A stretch of DNA of 54,338 bases. It comes from a virus. Taxonomy: Duplodnaviria; Caudoviricetes. This document shows, piece after piece, positions 10,345-19,443 of the stretch. The notes beneath the pieces are model-generated. The model was not told the DNA's origin. It did not search any database and worked only from the letters and a program-made list of their open reading frames with translations. The position numbers and the translations under genes are program-made. Numbering within the stretch: position 1 is the first letter of the stretch; each line of letters opens with the position of its first letter. The stretch lies in IMG/VR virus record IMGVR_UViG_3300021062_000018, positions 1-54,338 of that record; one strand, given 5' to 3'.

Positions 10345-10836
10345 ATGGGACAGCCCTCGCAGACCATCCTGGAGCGGATCGCGCGGAACCGGCTCGACGC
10401 GCTCAAGGGCGTCAGGGTGCACGCGGGGTACACGATCGACCTGATCGCCGAGCGGCCCGACGCCGTCGACGGCAACCCGGTCCGCGACGGGCTGGCGGTC
10501 CTGACGATGGGTCAGCCGACCCGGCAGGGCGAGGGCGTGCCCGTGACGCTGACCGGCTGGGACCAGCCGTTCGAGGTCGCGTGCACGCGGATCCGGTCGC
10601 AGGCCGACGAGTCGGGCATGGACGTCCTGCTCGCCCGCCTGTGCGGCGACGTGATGCGGGCGGTGACCGCGGACGAGAGCTGCGGCGGGCTCGCGTTCGA
10701 CACCTGGCTCGACGACCCGACGTTCGACTACCTCGGGGCCAACGCGAACGCCGGCGTCGTCACGGTCCGGTTCACGGTCCGGTACCGCACCCTGTTCAAC
10801 GACCCGTTCCGCTCCCCCCACGAAACCTACGAGTGA
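10345..10836 (+). CDS. Tail terminator-like protein
   Basis: Position before the tail tube gene; motifs D..CGGLA and FTVRYRT...DP. Confidence 0.6.
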   Translation: MGQPSQTILERIARNRLDALKGVRVHAGYTIDLIAERPDAVDGNPVRDGLAVLTMGQPTRQGEGVPVTLTGWDQPFEVACTRIRSQADESGMDVLLARLCGDVMRAVTADESCGGLAFDTWLDDPTFDYLGANANAGVVTVRFTVRYRTLFNDPFRSPHETYE

Positions 10837-10845
10837 GGTAACCCG

Positions 10846-11787
10846 ATGTCCGTCCTCGCCCCCCTGCTCACCCGCCAGCGTGTCTTCGCCTGCAAGGCCG
10901 AGACGACGACCGGCACCGCCGAGGCCCTGACGAACGCCGAGGCCGCGTACAACGCGATGGACGCCGACTGCGTCCCGGAGTTCGTCAACACCGAGCGGCC
11001 CGGGCAGTCGTCGCTGTCCCAGCTCCCGAGCGTCCCCGGCGCCGCCGGCGGGCGGATCTCGCTCCGGACGGAGCTGTTCGGGTCCGGGGACAACCTGGGC
11101 CCGACGCCGGCCTGGGCCGACACGCTGCTCGCCGCGGCCGGGTTCCTCGGGGCGACGAACGTCTACAAGCCGAAGACCGGGTCGACGTCGTACACGACGC
11201 TGACGGCGGCGGTGTACAAGGACGGGCTCAAGCAGTTCCTCGCCGGGTGCTCGGCGAACTTCACGCTGACCGGCGAGTACGGCAAGCCGTGCGTGTTCGC
11301 GTGGGACCTGCTCGGCGTGTGGCAGGCCCCGGTCGACGCCGCGATCCTCGCCCCGACGTACCCGACGGTCATCCCGCCGAAGATGGCGTCGGTGGCGTTC
11401 ACGGTCGGGGGCACGTCCTTCCAGCTGACCGACTTCGCGCTCGCGATGAACAACGAGCTGTACCTGCGGCAGGACGGCCGCACGGGCGCCGCGTACCTCG
11501 CGGCCTGCATCCCGAACCGCAAGCCGACGCTGTCCGTCGGCATCGAGGCGTCGCTCCTGGCGACGCACGACTGGTACGCCGACCATGCGGCCGGGACCGA
11601 GCGGGCGGTCAGCCTGGCGATCGGCTCGACGGCCGGGAACACCGTCACGATCGCGGTCCCGAAGGGGCAGCTGATGGAGGCCCCGAAGACCGAGGACGCC
11701 GGCGGCACGGTGAAGTACCGGCTGGCGTTCCAGTGCAACCGGAACGCGGCGGCCGGCGACGACGAGCTCTCACTCACGTTCAGCTGA
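10846..11787 (+). CDS. Tail tube (major tail) protein
   Basis: 313 aa, beta-rich; motifs KAETTTGT and GDDELSLTF; precedes the chaperone and tape measure genes. Confidence 0.8.
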   Translation: MSVLAPLLTRQRVFACKAETTTGTAEALTNAEAAYNAMDADCVPEFVNTERPGQSSLSQLPSVPGAAGGRISLRTELFGSGDNLGPTPAWADTLLAAAGFLGATNVYKPKTGSTSYTTLTAAVYKDGLKQFLAGCSANFTLTGEYGKPCVFAWDLLGVWQAPVDAAILAPTYPTVIPPKMASVAFTVGGTSFQLTDFALAMNNELYLRQDGRTGAAYLAACIPNRKPTLSVGIEASLLATHDWYADHAAGTERAVSLAIGSTAGNTVTIAVPKGQLMEAPKTEDAGGTVKYRLAFQCNRNAAAGDDELSLTFS

Positions 11788-11872
11788 CGGCCAGAGCCCC
11801 GGCGGCCGGGTTCACTGGTCCTGTCCCGCCGCCGGGTGCTTGTTCGACAGGACCGACCCCCACAGGACCACC

Positions 11873-12232
11873 ATGATCTGCGCAGACCCGACCCAGACGT
11901 TCCCCGTGAGACTGAGCGGCGACGACGACCGCAAAGACGCCCCGACGTTCCACCTGCGGTTCATCACGGCCGCCGAGGTCGGCCGAGTGGCGTCGCTGGT
12001 CGCCGAGGCCGACGCCGCCGAGCGCAAGGGCGACGACGTCGCCGCGACGAAGCTGCTGCTCGACGCGATCGCCGTCGGGCTCGTCCGCGCCGACGGCATC
12101 CCCGACGGCAAGGGCCCGGCCGACGTGCTGTCGCTCGACGAGCTGTCGGAGCTCGCGGCCCGGGTGCAGTACGAGCCGCGGTCGGAGGAGCGCCGCCGAA
12201 AAAAAGCATCCGCCTCGCAGCCGGCTACGTGA
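11873..12232 (+). CDS. Tail assembly chaperone (gpG-like)
   Basis: Lies between tube and tape measure genes; ends just after an A-AAA-AAA slippery site. Confidence 0.8.
   Translation: MICADPTQTFPVRLSGDDDRKDAPTFHLRFITAAEVGRVASLVAEADAAERKGDDVAATKLLLDAIAVGLVRADGIPDGKGPADVLSLDELSELAARVQYEPRSEERRRKKASASQPAT
12199..12205 (+). promoter_or_regulatory. Programmed -1 ribosomal frameshift site (A AAA AAA)
   Basis: In-frame CGA AAA AAA G; the -1 frame stays open to 12576; a run of seven A is exceptional in this GC-rich genome. Confidence 0.88.
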
Positions 12233-12576
12233 GCGGCGCCGTCTGCTCGCGGTGCGACCCCGGCCGCACGTGCGTCGACTGCCCCGGGCGGTACGACCCG
12301 GTCCGGATGGTGTGCACGGAGTGCGACGGCGAGCAGTCGGACGGGTGCGAGGCGTGCGGCGGCCGCGGGTGGGAGCCGGTCGACCGGTGCCCGCTGTCGC
12401 TGGTCACCCCGGACGTGTGGGAGCTGCTGACGACGGCCGCGGACGCGGAGGCCGGTTACCTGCCCGTCGCCGGCGGGACGCTGAACCAGACGCACAGCTG
12501 GCTGACGGCGTGGCGACGGATGCGGGCGGAGAAGGCGCACTGGAAGCGGCTAATGGCCCCGGCGGACGCGAAGTGA
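12205..12576 (+). CDS. Frameshift extension of the tail chaperone (gpGT-like), Cys-rich
   Basis: The -1 frame reads SIRLAAGY...CSRC...CVDC...CTEC...CEACGGRG...GYLPVAGGTLNQT and stops 4 nt before the tape measure gene. Confidence 0.8.
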   Translation, partial: SIRLAAGYVSGAVCSRCDPGRTCVDCPGRYDPVRMVCTECDGEQSDGCEACGGRGWEPVDRCPLSLVTPDVWELLTTAADAEAGYLPVAGGTLNQTHSWLTAWRRMRAEKAHWKRLMAPADAK

Positions 12577-12580
12577 CCAC

Positions 12581-14215
12581 ATGGCCGAGAAGCGCGTAGA
12601 CATCGTCGTCGGGGCCAAGGACGAGGCGTCCGGCAAGATCAAGGCGACGGCCGAGAAGGTCCGCAAGGAGCTGTCGGCGCTCGACACGCTCAAGGGCGGG
12701 CTGGGTGAGGAGTCGGCGCTGGGCAACACCCTGAAGGTGTTCCAGGGCGCCGGGGCCATCGCCGGCCTGACGATGGCCGGGACCATGCTGAACACGCTGG
12801 CCACGAAGGCCGGCGAGCTGCGGCGTGAGCTCAACTCGGGCGAGAAGTCCGCCGGCCAGGTCGCCGAGGAGGCGGCCAAGTCGCTGCCGATCTTCGGCCC
12901 GCTGGTCGACGCCGGCCGGAAGTTCCGGGCGATGCTCGACGGGTCGGCCGATGCGGTCGAGCGGATCCAGTCGGAGACGGCCGCGGTCAACGCCCGCACG
13001 GAGGCGATGGCCACCAGCGCGGCCGTCGTCAACGACAAGTGGGGCGGGCTGCCGGAGATCATCCGGAAGGTCCGGCAGGAGATCGACACGCTGCGGACGC
13101 CCGAGGCGGACCGGGCGAAGGTCGGCATCGCGTTCAACGCCGAGGAGGAAAAGCGGGCGGCGGTCAAGGCCGCCGAGGACGCGGCGAAAGCTGCGAACGA
13201 GGCGTGGCAGAAGGCGGACGCGGCCGAGGCGGTTAACGTCGCCGCCGCCCAGCGTCGCATGATGGCGGCGAAGGACGCCGCGCAGTCGGGGTCCGCGTCT
13301 GGATCCGCTGGCGTCGGAGCGAGGGCTGTCGACGATTCCGGACCAAGGCGGGAGGCCGCTGCCCGAGCCGAGCGCGAGTTCCTCGCTGCCAACGCCCGCC
13401 AGAGGGCTGACGCGATGGCCCGGGACGCGAAACTGCAGGCTATCGAGAAGCAGAAGCAGGACGCGGTCACCGACATCGAGCGGAAGGCCCAGCTGCAGCG
13501 GGCCGAGATCGAGCGACAGCAGCAGCGCGAACGGGAAGCCCGGTGGGCTGAGGAGTTCAAGCTCGAGCAGGACCGCGCCCGCCAGCGGGTACAGCTCGCC
13601 ACCGACACCCAGCGAAAGGTCGCCGACATCGCCGCGCAGATGCAGGACGACCGGCTCCGGCTCGCCGGCAAGGGCTTCAAAGCCGACGCCCGGGCGACGT
13701 GGCGGGCGGCCCAACAGGACATCGTCGGGACGCTGCTCGGCGCCGTCTCCGGCGTCTCGCCGGGCGGCGGCACGTTCGGGGCCGAGGGGTTCCTCGACGC
13801 GGGGGCGCGGTTCCGGACGGCCGCGGGGGCGGTGCCGTCGATCACCGCCCAGCGGGACCAGGCCCTCGAGATGCAGTGGAAGGCGAAGGCGGTCGACCAC
13901 ATCAAGCGGGCTCTGTCCGGTCCGTCCCGGGAAGACATCGCCAAGTCAATCCTGCCGACGGCGTCCGACGCGCTGCTCCGGGGGCTGTTCGGGGGCACCG
14001 GCCCGAACCTGCGTGAGGTGCCGCCGGTGGCCCAGATCGCGCCGACGCCCTTCGCGTCACTCCGCGAAGCCCGGTTTCTGACTGGGGCCGGGCTCGACGA
14101 CCCGACGCTGCGGATCGCTCGCGAGCAGAAGGCGCTGCTGACCAGAGCGACGGTCTCGCTCGAGCGGATCGAGGCCCGGATGCGGCAGGAGAACGTCGTG
14201 AAGCTGTTTAACTGA
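12581..14215 (+). CDS. Tape measure protein (short, 544 aa)
   Basis: N-terminal VDIVVGAKDEASG; helical and Ala-rich; canonical position. Confidence 0.75.
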   Translation: MAEKRVDIVVGAKDEASGKIKATAEKVRKELSALDTLKGGLGEESALGNTLKVFQGAGAIAGLTMAGTMLNTLATKAGELRRELNSGEKSAGQVAEEAAKSLPIFGPLVDAGRKFRAMLDGSADAVERIQSETAAVNARTEAMATSAAVVNDKWGGLPEIIRKVRQEIDTLRTPEADRAKVGIAFNAEEEKRAAVKAAEDAAKAANEAWQKADAAEAVNVAAAQRRMMAAKDAAQSGSASGSAGVGARAVDDSGPRREAAARAEREFLAANARQRADAMARDAKLQAIEKQKQDAVTDIERKAQLQRAEIERQQQREREARWAEEFKLEQDRARQRVQLATDTQRKVADIAAQMQDDRLRLAGKGFKADARATWRAAQQDIVGTLLGAVSGVSPGGGTFGAEGFLDAGARFRTAAGAVPSITAQRDQALEMQWKAKAVDHIKRALSGPSREDIAKSILPTASDALLRGLFGGTGPNLREVPPVAQIAPTPFASLREARFLTGAGLDDPTLRIAREQKALLTRATVSLERIEARMRQENVVKLFN

Positions 14216-14216
14216 C

Positions 14217-15164
14217 ATGAGCCAAGCCCCCCAGGCAACCCCCCGGTGGTCGGACTTCTCGCACGCCTATGGTGTGAGCGCGTTCGTCGCGTACGACGTG
14301 CAGGCCGACAGCTCGTCGCAGGCGCTGGGCGCCGTGCCGTACACCGCCGGGAACACGTTCGAGAAGGACGCGGCACTCACCGCAGAGCAGCCGGAGGCCC
14401 GGACGAACGGCGGGCCGCGGACGTGGATTGTCGGGGTGAAGTTCTCCCCCGCCAACGCGAACGCCCAGCAGAAGGACCGGAACAAGCCGCAGATCCAGTG
14501 GTGGCGTCAGGTCAGCCGGGAGGCGGTCGACGCCGACGCGGACGGCAACCCGATCACGAACAGCGCCGGCGACCCGTTCGACCCGCCGCCCGAGAAGGAG
14601 TTCGGCGAGCGGGGGTTCAGCATCTTCCGGTACGAGAAGTCGTACGACCTGCTGCTCGCCGAGTCGTTCGAAGACTCCGTCAACGACGCGGCGGTCACCC
14701 TGCTGGGGCGGTACAAGTTCAGGCCGCTGCAGCTGAAGTTCGACAGCTACCTGCCGACCGGCCGCGTCGCGTACGACGCGACGGAGATCGAGATGGAGTA
14801 CCGGTTCAGCATCCGCCGGGACCAGGTGCCGAACGCCAAGGTCAGCCCGTGGGACTGGCGGCTCATCGACCAAGGCCGGGCGGGGTGGGGGCAGGACAGC
14901 AACGGGAAGCTGATCCGCCAGCCGTTCACGTTCAAGAAGACGAACCAGAGCGGCGGCGTCGACCAGGTCACCGAGAACGTGCTGCTGAACGGGTTCGGCG
15001 TGCCCGTCGACACGGACTCTTACCGCGTCGGCGCCGGCCGCCTCACGGCCAACGCGAACCCTAGGCCGCTGCCAGCAGCGATCGTGGAGAGGGCGAAGAA
15101 TGGCGTCGCGTTCATCCGCCCAAAGAAGTTCCGCCGGATGCCCTTCCAAGGGCTGCACCTCTGA
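14217..15164 (+). CDS. Distal tail/hub-region protein
   Basis: Follows the tape measure gene; NSAGDPFDPP motif; TGATG coupling. Confidence 0.6.
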   Translation: MSQAPQATPRWSDFSHAYGVSAFVAYDVQADSSSQALGAVPYTAGNTFEKDAALTAEQPEARTNGGPRTWIVGVKFSPANANAQQKDRNKPQIQWWRQVSREAVDADADGNPITNSAGDPFDPPPEKEFGERGFSIFRYEKSYDLLLAESFEDSVNDAAVTLLGRYKFRPLQLKFDSYLPTGRVAYDATEIEMEYRFSIRRDQVPNAKVSPWDWRLIDQGRAGWGQDSNGKLIRQPFTFKKTNQSGGVDQVTENVLLNGFGVPVDTDSYRVGAGRLTANANPRPLPAAIVERAKNGVAFIRPKKFRRMPFQGLHL

Positions 15165-15667
15165 TGATCCGTGGGGACCCCGAAGACCTGAAGGAGCTGG
15201 AGCGGATCCGGCGGAAGCTCGACGGCATCCGCGGCGGCCCCGGCATCCTCGTTCGGAACACCCGCGACGGGATCACGATCAGCGGGCCGCCGGGCCGCCC
15301 GGTTGCCGGCGGTCACGACGACGGCCAGCGGTGGGCCCGGGTGACGGCGTCCACTCGGCCCGGGGCGGCGTGGCAGTGGTCGTACACGCTGGAGCTCGTC
15401 GAGAAGACGGCGGCCGGGTACGGCGGGTGGTCGACGGTCAGCGGAGTCGATACGGTGACCGGGTACAACCTGCTCGAGAACGCCAACGGGTCGACGGGGC
15501 TGATGGGCTGCGGCGTGAACATCGACAACCTGCCGACCGGTTTTGAGTTGCAGCCGGCGCCGGTCGGCACGGTCGTTCGGGTGTGGATTGTGCCAGTGCT
15601 CGACGCTGACGCCGAGCACTGGTTCGCACACGAGAACGCGGTCGACGGGACCTGCGGGGGTGCCTGA
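15164..15667 (+). CDS. Tail tip-region protein
   Basis: Translationally coupled on both sides; clear GC3 bias. Confidence 0.6.
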   Translation: MIRGDPEDLKELERIRRKLDGIRGGPGILVRNTRDGITISGPPGRPVAGGHDDGQRWARVTASTRPGAAWQWSYTLELVEKTAAGYGGWSTVSGVDTVTGYNLLENANGSTGLMGCGVNIDNLPTGFELQPAPVGTVVRVWIVPVLDADAEHWFAHENAVDGTCGGA

Positions 15668-16308
15668 TGCCGGTCGCCCCGTGGTGGTGCTGCTGCGGCG
15701 GGTGCGCTGGCCCCTGCTGCGACGTCGCTTGGACACCGTACGTACAGGCCGGCAGTGGCAAGACTGGCGGCGACCTGCTGCGATTCGCGTGGGATGGCGA
15801 GCCGGGCGGACAGGACTGGGAGGCGGCGACGGTACTCGGCCAGCTCCGCGGCGGCCGGGGCCCGAACCCCCGTCGGTGCCGGCGGCTGCTCGTGTACGAG
15901 GGCGTCACTATCGCCGGCGACGTGATCACCGGCGGCGGGACGAACCTGCCGGACTACGTGATCAGCACGAACGCTTACGGGTACCGTCCCGTGTTCAGCG
16001 GGGCGGAGATCGTCGACCGCCTCCCGTTCGAGACCGCGCCGGGCAGTGGGACGCCGCTCGACACCGCGCCGTACTGGTTCGAGACATGCGAGCGGGGCGG
16101 ATTCGCTGACGTCACCGGTTCGCACTGGCACAAGCCGACCCTGTCGGCCATCGAGGGCCGGCGGGACACTGCCCTCGCCGACGGGACCTGGCGGTACCTG
16201 ATCCTCGTCTCGTACGTGTCCTACAAGTTCGCCGACGGGACCTACGCGATCCCGGTGAACAAGGGGAGCGCGAGGCTGTTAGACTGGCGGGCGGAGAAGA
16301 CCGCGTAG
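15667..16308 (+). CDS. Cys-rich tail-region protein; 5' exon probably 15667-16277, unspliced ORF stops inside the intron
   Basis: N-terminal WWCCCGGCAGPCC; the TAG at 16306-16308 lies just before the intron core. Confidence 0.7.
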   Translation: MPVAPWWCCCGGCAGPCCDVAWTPYVQAGSGKTGGDLLRFAWDGEPGGQDWEAATVLGQLRGGRGPNPRRCRRLLVYEGVTIAGDVITGGGTNLPDYVISTNAYGYRPVFSGAEIVDRLPFETAPGSGTPLDTAPYWFETCERGGFADVTGSHWHKPTLSAIEGRRDTALADGTWRYLILVSYVSYKFADGTYAIPVNKGSARLLDWRAEKTA

Positions 16309-16556
16309 CGAATCACTGGCCGTACCGGGTGAACTCAGGGAAGCCTACCGGCCGCGAGGCCCACGGTAATCCTGAGCCGAGCCGGCGGGGAATCCGCCGG
16401 AAGGTGCAGAGACTACGGGCCCCGACAGACCGTCGATGATGCCCGCACGAGCGCCCGGCCCCGCAGACCGCCCGAATGGCGGGAGGGGAAGAGATAGTCC
16501 GACACTCCGGTGAAAGCCGGAGGGCTGGGATAAAGAGCCCGGCCGCCAACGATGTG
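16278..16556 (+). ncRNA. Group I self-splicing intron without internal ORF (IA-like; splice sites approximate)
   Basis: P3 CCGGGTG 16325-31 pairs with CGCCCGG 16452-58; P4 CTCAGG 16334-39 with CCTGAG 16371-76; P6a 16382-88 with 16394-400; R element GAAGGTGCAGAGACTA 16400-15; S element AAGAGATAGTCC 16489-500; P9 with GAAA loop 16505-22; P9.1 with GGATAAAGAGCC. Confidence 0.92.
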
Positions 16557-16789
16557 AGCTGACTTTGTCTACTGGCTGGCTCACGGTCCCCCAGAGCGAA
16601 GCCCGCAGGCGGTTCACCCTGAAAGGGGCCGAACGCCTGCGGGCTTCTGCCGTTGATGGGGCGGCCGACCCGTGGCGGGTGCCGCCCGACGTGTACGCCG
16701 AGTGCCAGCGCTGGTACCGCCAACCCGAGAAGATCCCGGACGGGTACACCGTCGATCAGTGGCGCGAGGGCGGGTGCGGGTGCAAGTGA
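16555..16789 (+). CDS. Probable 3' exon (or separate small gene) ending GGCGCK
   Basis: The frame of ORF 16565-16789 has near-complete GC3 bias over 16660-16789 but no convincing RBS or start codon. Confidence 0.55.
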
Positions 16790-16790
16790 C

Positions 16791-17183
16791 TCAGCGGAGC
16801 GTTTCATTCGACACGCTGAGCGACACGATCTTCCCCTTCCGGACGTCCATGGTGTAGATCCGGTACGCCTTCGGGTCTGACGGGTCGGCCACCGTCGAGC
16901 GGTACGTCTGCGTCGTCCCGTCGTCGGCAACCAGCGTCGCCTTCTCCCGGGCGATCCGCTCCGCCTCGGCCAGAGTCATGCCGACCTTGATCGCTCCGTC
17001 GTCGGCCGCTGGTGCAATCCGGGCCTTCATGTCGGCCAGCTCGCGGCGGAGCTGCTCAACCTCCGCCCGGAGCTTCTCGTTCTCCGCCTTCAGCTCCGCG
17101 TAGGTCGGCGGTTTGGCCGGCTTGGTGGCCGGGGCGGCGGCGACGCACAGCAGCACGATCGGCAGCAACACCATCTTCCGCAC
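16791..17183 (-). CDS. Secreted coiled-coil protein (moron)
   Basis: Signal peptide followed by APATKPAKPP; GGAGGA RBS; C-terminal IKVGMT motif of SmpA/BamE-like domains. Confidence 0.7.
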   Translation of the reverse strand: MRKMVLLPIVLLCVAAAPATKPAKPPTYAELKAENEKLRAEVEQLRRELADMKARIAPAADDGAIKVGMTLAEAERIAREKATLVADDGTTQTYRSTVADPSDPKAYRIYTMDVRKGKIVSLSVSNETLR

Positions 17184-17209
17184 GTTCACTCCTCCCCGGC
17201 TCGGCCGGT

Positions 17210-18574
17210 TCAGATCAGGTCGCTCTTCGCCCCGTTGCACCTTCGGCACAGGAGCTGCACGTTCTTCTCGTCGTTACTCCCGCCGCGGGCGTGCGGGATG
17301 ATGTGGTCGTACTCAAGGTAGTCGGTCGCCCCGCACTCGGCGCACTTGCCGCCGTACGTCTGCCAGACGCGTTGCCGCACGTGCCGCGGGATGTGCCGCG
17401 ACGGGCTCCCCTCGACCGCCTGCGTGATCGTCTGATTCGCCCGGCCGATCGCGACCTGGTAGATGAGCGGGCCCCGCTCCGGCTGGGTCTCGAAGTAGTA
17501 GCACCCCGCCCCCTTGGCCGCCGTCTGCACTTCCGCCACCCCGTGCCCGAGCAGCAGGTTCGCGACCCGCCGGTGCCCGAGGTCGACGCTCAGCAGCGGC
17601 GACACGAAGAGCAGGCGGTCGTCCGTGACGGCGAGGTGCCCGTCGAACTGCTCCTCCCGGTGCTCGCCCCGGCGGACGCGGACCCGCGTGTAGTAGCCGC
17701 GGCCCTGGTAGTGGACGATCTCCCCGCCCCGCAGCTGCAGCCCGCCGGCATCGACGGAGGGAAGCCGGCCTCGGCGGATCGCCGCCAGCTCGTTTACCTC
17801 GCGGATCTGGTTCTCGACGTAGGCCCGGTGTCCGCCGTAGATGCCGAACGTGTCCATGAGCCACCGCAGCCCATCGGCCTCCTGATCGGTTACCTCCCCG
17901 TCCGCCTTCGCGCCGGCGAGCGCCGCCTCGACCACCCGCCCCGCCTGTGGCGCGACAGCCGCCTGCACCTCGGCCTCGGTCATCCCGAGCGCGGCCGCCG
18001 TCGTCACCATCCGCTGCCAGTCGGTCGACGTGAACTGGCCCCGGCGGATCGCCGCCTCCATTGCCGACCGGAGCAGCTGCCCGCCCTCGTCTGCGAATGA
18101 CTGGCGGACCAGGTCGCGGACCGGGACGCCGATGCCCGCCGCGAGCTGCTCGAGCTCCGCCTTCTCGGCCGGAGAGACTTCCCCGTCCGCGACCGCCGCC
18201 CGCAGCGCCTCGCCGAACAGCCTGCCCCCGGTCTCGAGTTCGAGCCGGGACCGCCGCTCGTTAGACATCCCGAGCAGCTGGGCGATGAGGTTGAGCGACT
18301 GCCGCTCCTTCGCGTCGATCGACCCGCTCTGCCACGCCTTCGCCAGCGCGTTCAGGTAGACCCGGCCCGCAACGTCGCGGCGGTCCTGGTCCTCGACGCC
18401 GAGCTGGATGCAGCTCGCCTCGAAGTTGAACGCCCGCTTGTAAGCGGCGATGTGCTTCCACATCTCCACCGCCTGCGTCGCGATCCGCAGCTCGCGATTC
18501 GGGTCGAAGATCAGGTTGCTCGTCTCGAACAGGCGATTACCTGCCGCCCTCAGCCAGTTCACCACGCCCGCCAT
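17210..18574 (-). CDS. HNH endonuclease with N-terminal TerB-like repeats and a PH-like middle domain
   Basis: C-terminal CAEC...EYDHIIP...GGSN...NVQLLCRRCN; four repeats of the form A..DG.V...E; FDGHLAVTDDRLLF. Confidence 0.85.
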   Translation of the reverse strand: MAGVVNWLRAAGNRLFETSNLIFDPNRELRIATQAVEMWKHIAAYKRAFNFEASCIQLGVEDQDRRDVAGRVYLNALAKAWQSGSIDAKERQSLNLIAQLLGMSNERRSRLELETGGRLFGEALRAAVADGEVSPAEKAELEQLAAGIGVPVRDLVRQSFADEGGQLLRSAMEAAIRRGQFTSTDWQRMVTTAAALGMTEAEVQAAVAPQAGRVVEAALAGAKADGEVTDQEADGLRWLMDTFGIYGGHRAYVENQIREVNELAAIRRGRLPSVDAGGLQLRGGEIVHYQGRGYYTRVRVRRGEHREEQFDGHLAVTDDRLLFVSPLLSVDLGHRRVANLLLGHGVAEVQTAAKGAGCYYFETQPERGPLIYQVAIGRANQTITQAVEGSPSRHIPRHVRQRVWQTYGGKCAECGATDYLEYDHIIPHARGGSNDEKNVQLLCRRCNGAKSDLI

Positions 18575-18608
18575 CTCGCACCCCTTCCGTAGGATCCGTG
18601 CTCCCGCG

Positions 18609-19247
18609 TCACTTCCGCCCGCGCGACGGCGAGGACCGCTGGTGCGGCTGGACGTAGGTCCCGTCCTTCCGGGTGTACCCGCGGACCGAGACGCCCCCGC
18701 CCGACGAGCCCGAACCAGCCGACGACTCCGCCGCGGCCGGCTGCTCCGGCTTCGCCTGCGCGACGGTCTCGCGTTTCGCCCGCTCGCGTGCGGCGGTCGC
18801 GATCGTGACGGTGTACCGGTAGTAGTTCGTCGCCCGTACGACGCGGGGGCTTGCGGCGACGGCCGCCTCGAGGTTCCGGTTGTACCGCGACCGCCACACT
18901 TGCAGTGAGCCCGCAGCCTGGGTGCGCTGCTGCTCCGTCGTCGCGTCGCTCACGGCCCGCGTCCGGTTTACGACCTCCCGCAGGTCCGCCTGCGCCTCCG
19001 GTGTCGCGATGTACTCTTGGGCCGCCTGGCGTTTCGCCGCATTCAGTGCAGCCAGCGCCTCGGCCTCGATCCGCTCGGCGTCCGCGAGCGTCAGGGGCAC
19101 CTCGGCCGGTGCCGTCGCCGGTCGCGTTGCCGGCGCGGACGTCGGCCTTGCCACGGCAGGCGGCCGCACCGGGGGCGGTGCTCCCTGCCCGTAAGCCGCT
19201 GCAGGCCCGATCGTCAGCGCCGCCAGTAGGATCACCACGCGATTCAT
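18609..19247 (-). CDS. Secreted protein with C-terminal basic VRGYTRKDGTYVQPHQRS motif
   Basis: Signal peptide, APATRPATAP linker and RBS. Confidence 0.72.
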   Translation of the reverse strand: MNRVVILLAALTIGPAAAYGQGAPPPVRPPAVARPTSAPATRPATAPAEVPLTLADAERIEAEALAALNAAKRQAAQEYIATPEAQADLREVVNRTRAVSDATTEQQRTQAAGSLQVWRSRYNRNLEAAVAASPRVVRATNYYRYTVTIATAARERAKRETVAQAKPEQPAAAESSAGSGSSGGGVSVRGYTRKDGTYVQPHQRSSPSRGRK

Positions 19248-19443
19248 ACCGTCCCCTTCCCGCGCCGACTTCACCCGGTTCTCCGGTCACCGCCCGTCGA
19301 ACCGGCGATGAACCGTCACGGCAGGTGCGCCGGCCGCACCCCTGCTGCCGGTCAGACACCATTCCACCACCGAAGCTACCGCGCGCCGGCCGGTGACTCC
19401 AGCACGACGCGGGACCGCCGCGCCTGCGGTACACTCCCGCGCG

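Noticed and set aside
15667-16660. Diversity-generating retroelement target (tail gene end plus hairpin)
   Set aside because: No reverse transcriptase and no template/variable repeat pair were seen.
17210-18574. HNH gene as the homing endonuclease of the nearby intron
   Set aside because: It is outside the intron, on the opposite strand, separated by another gene, and has a large non-homing N-terminal architecture.
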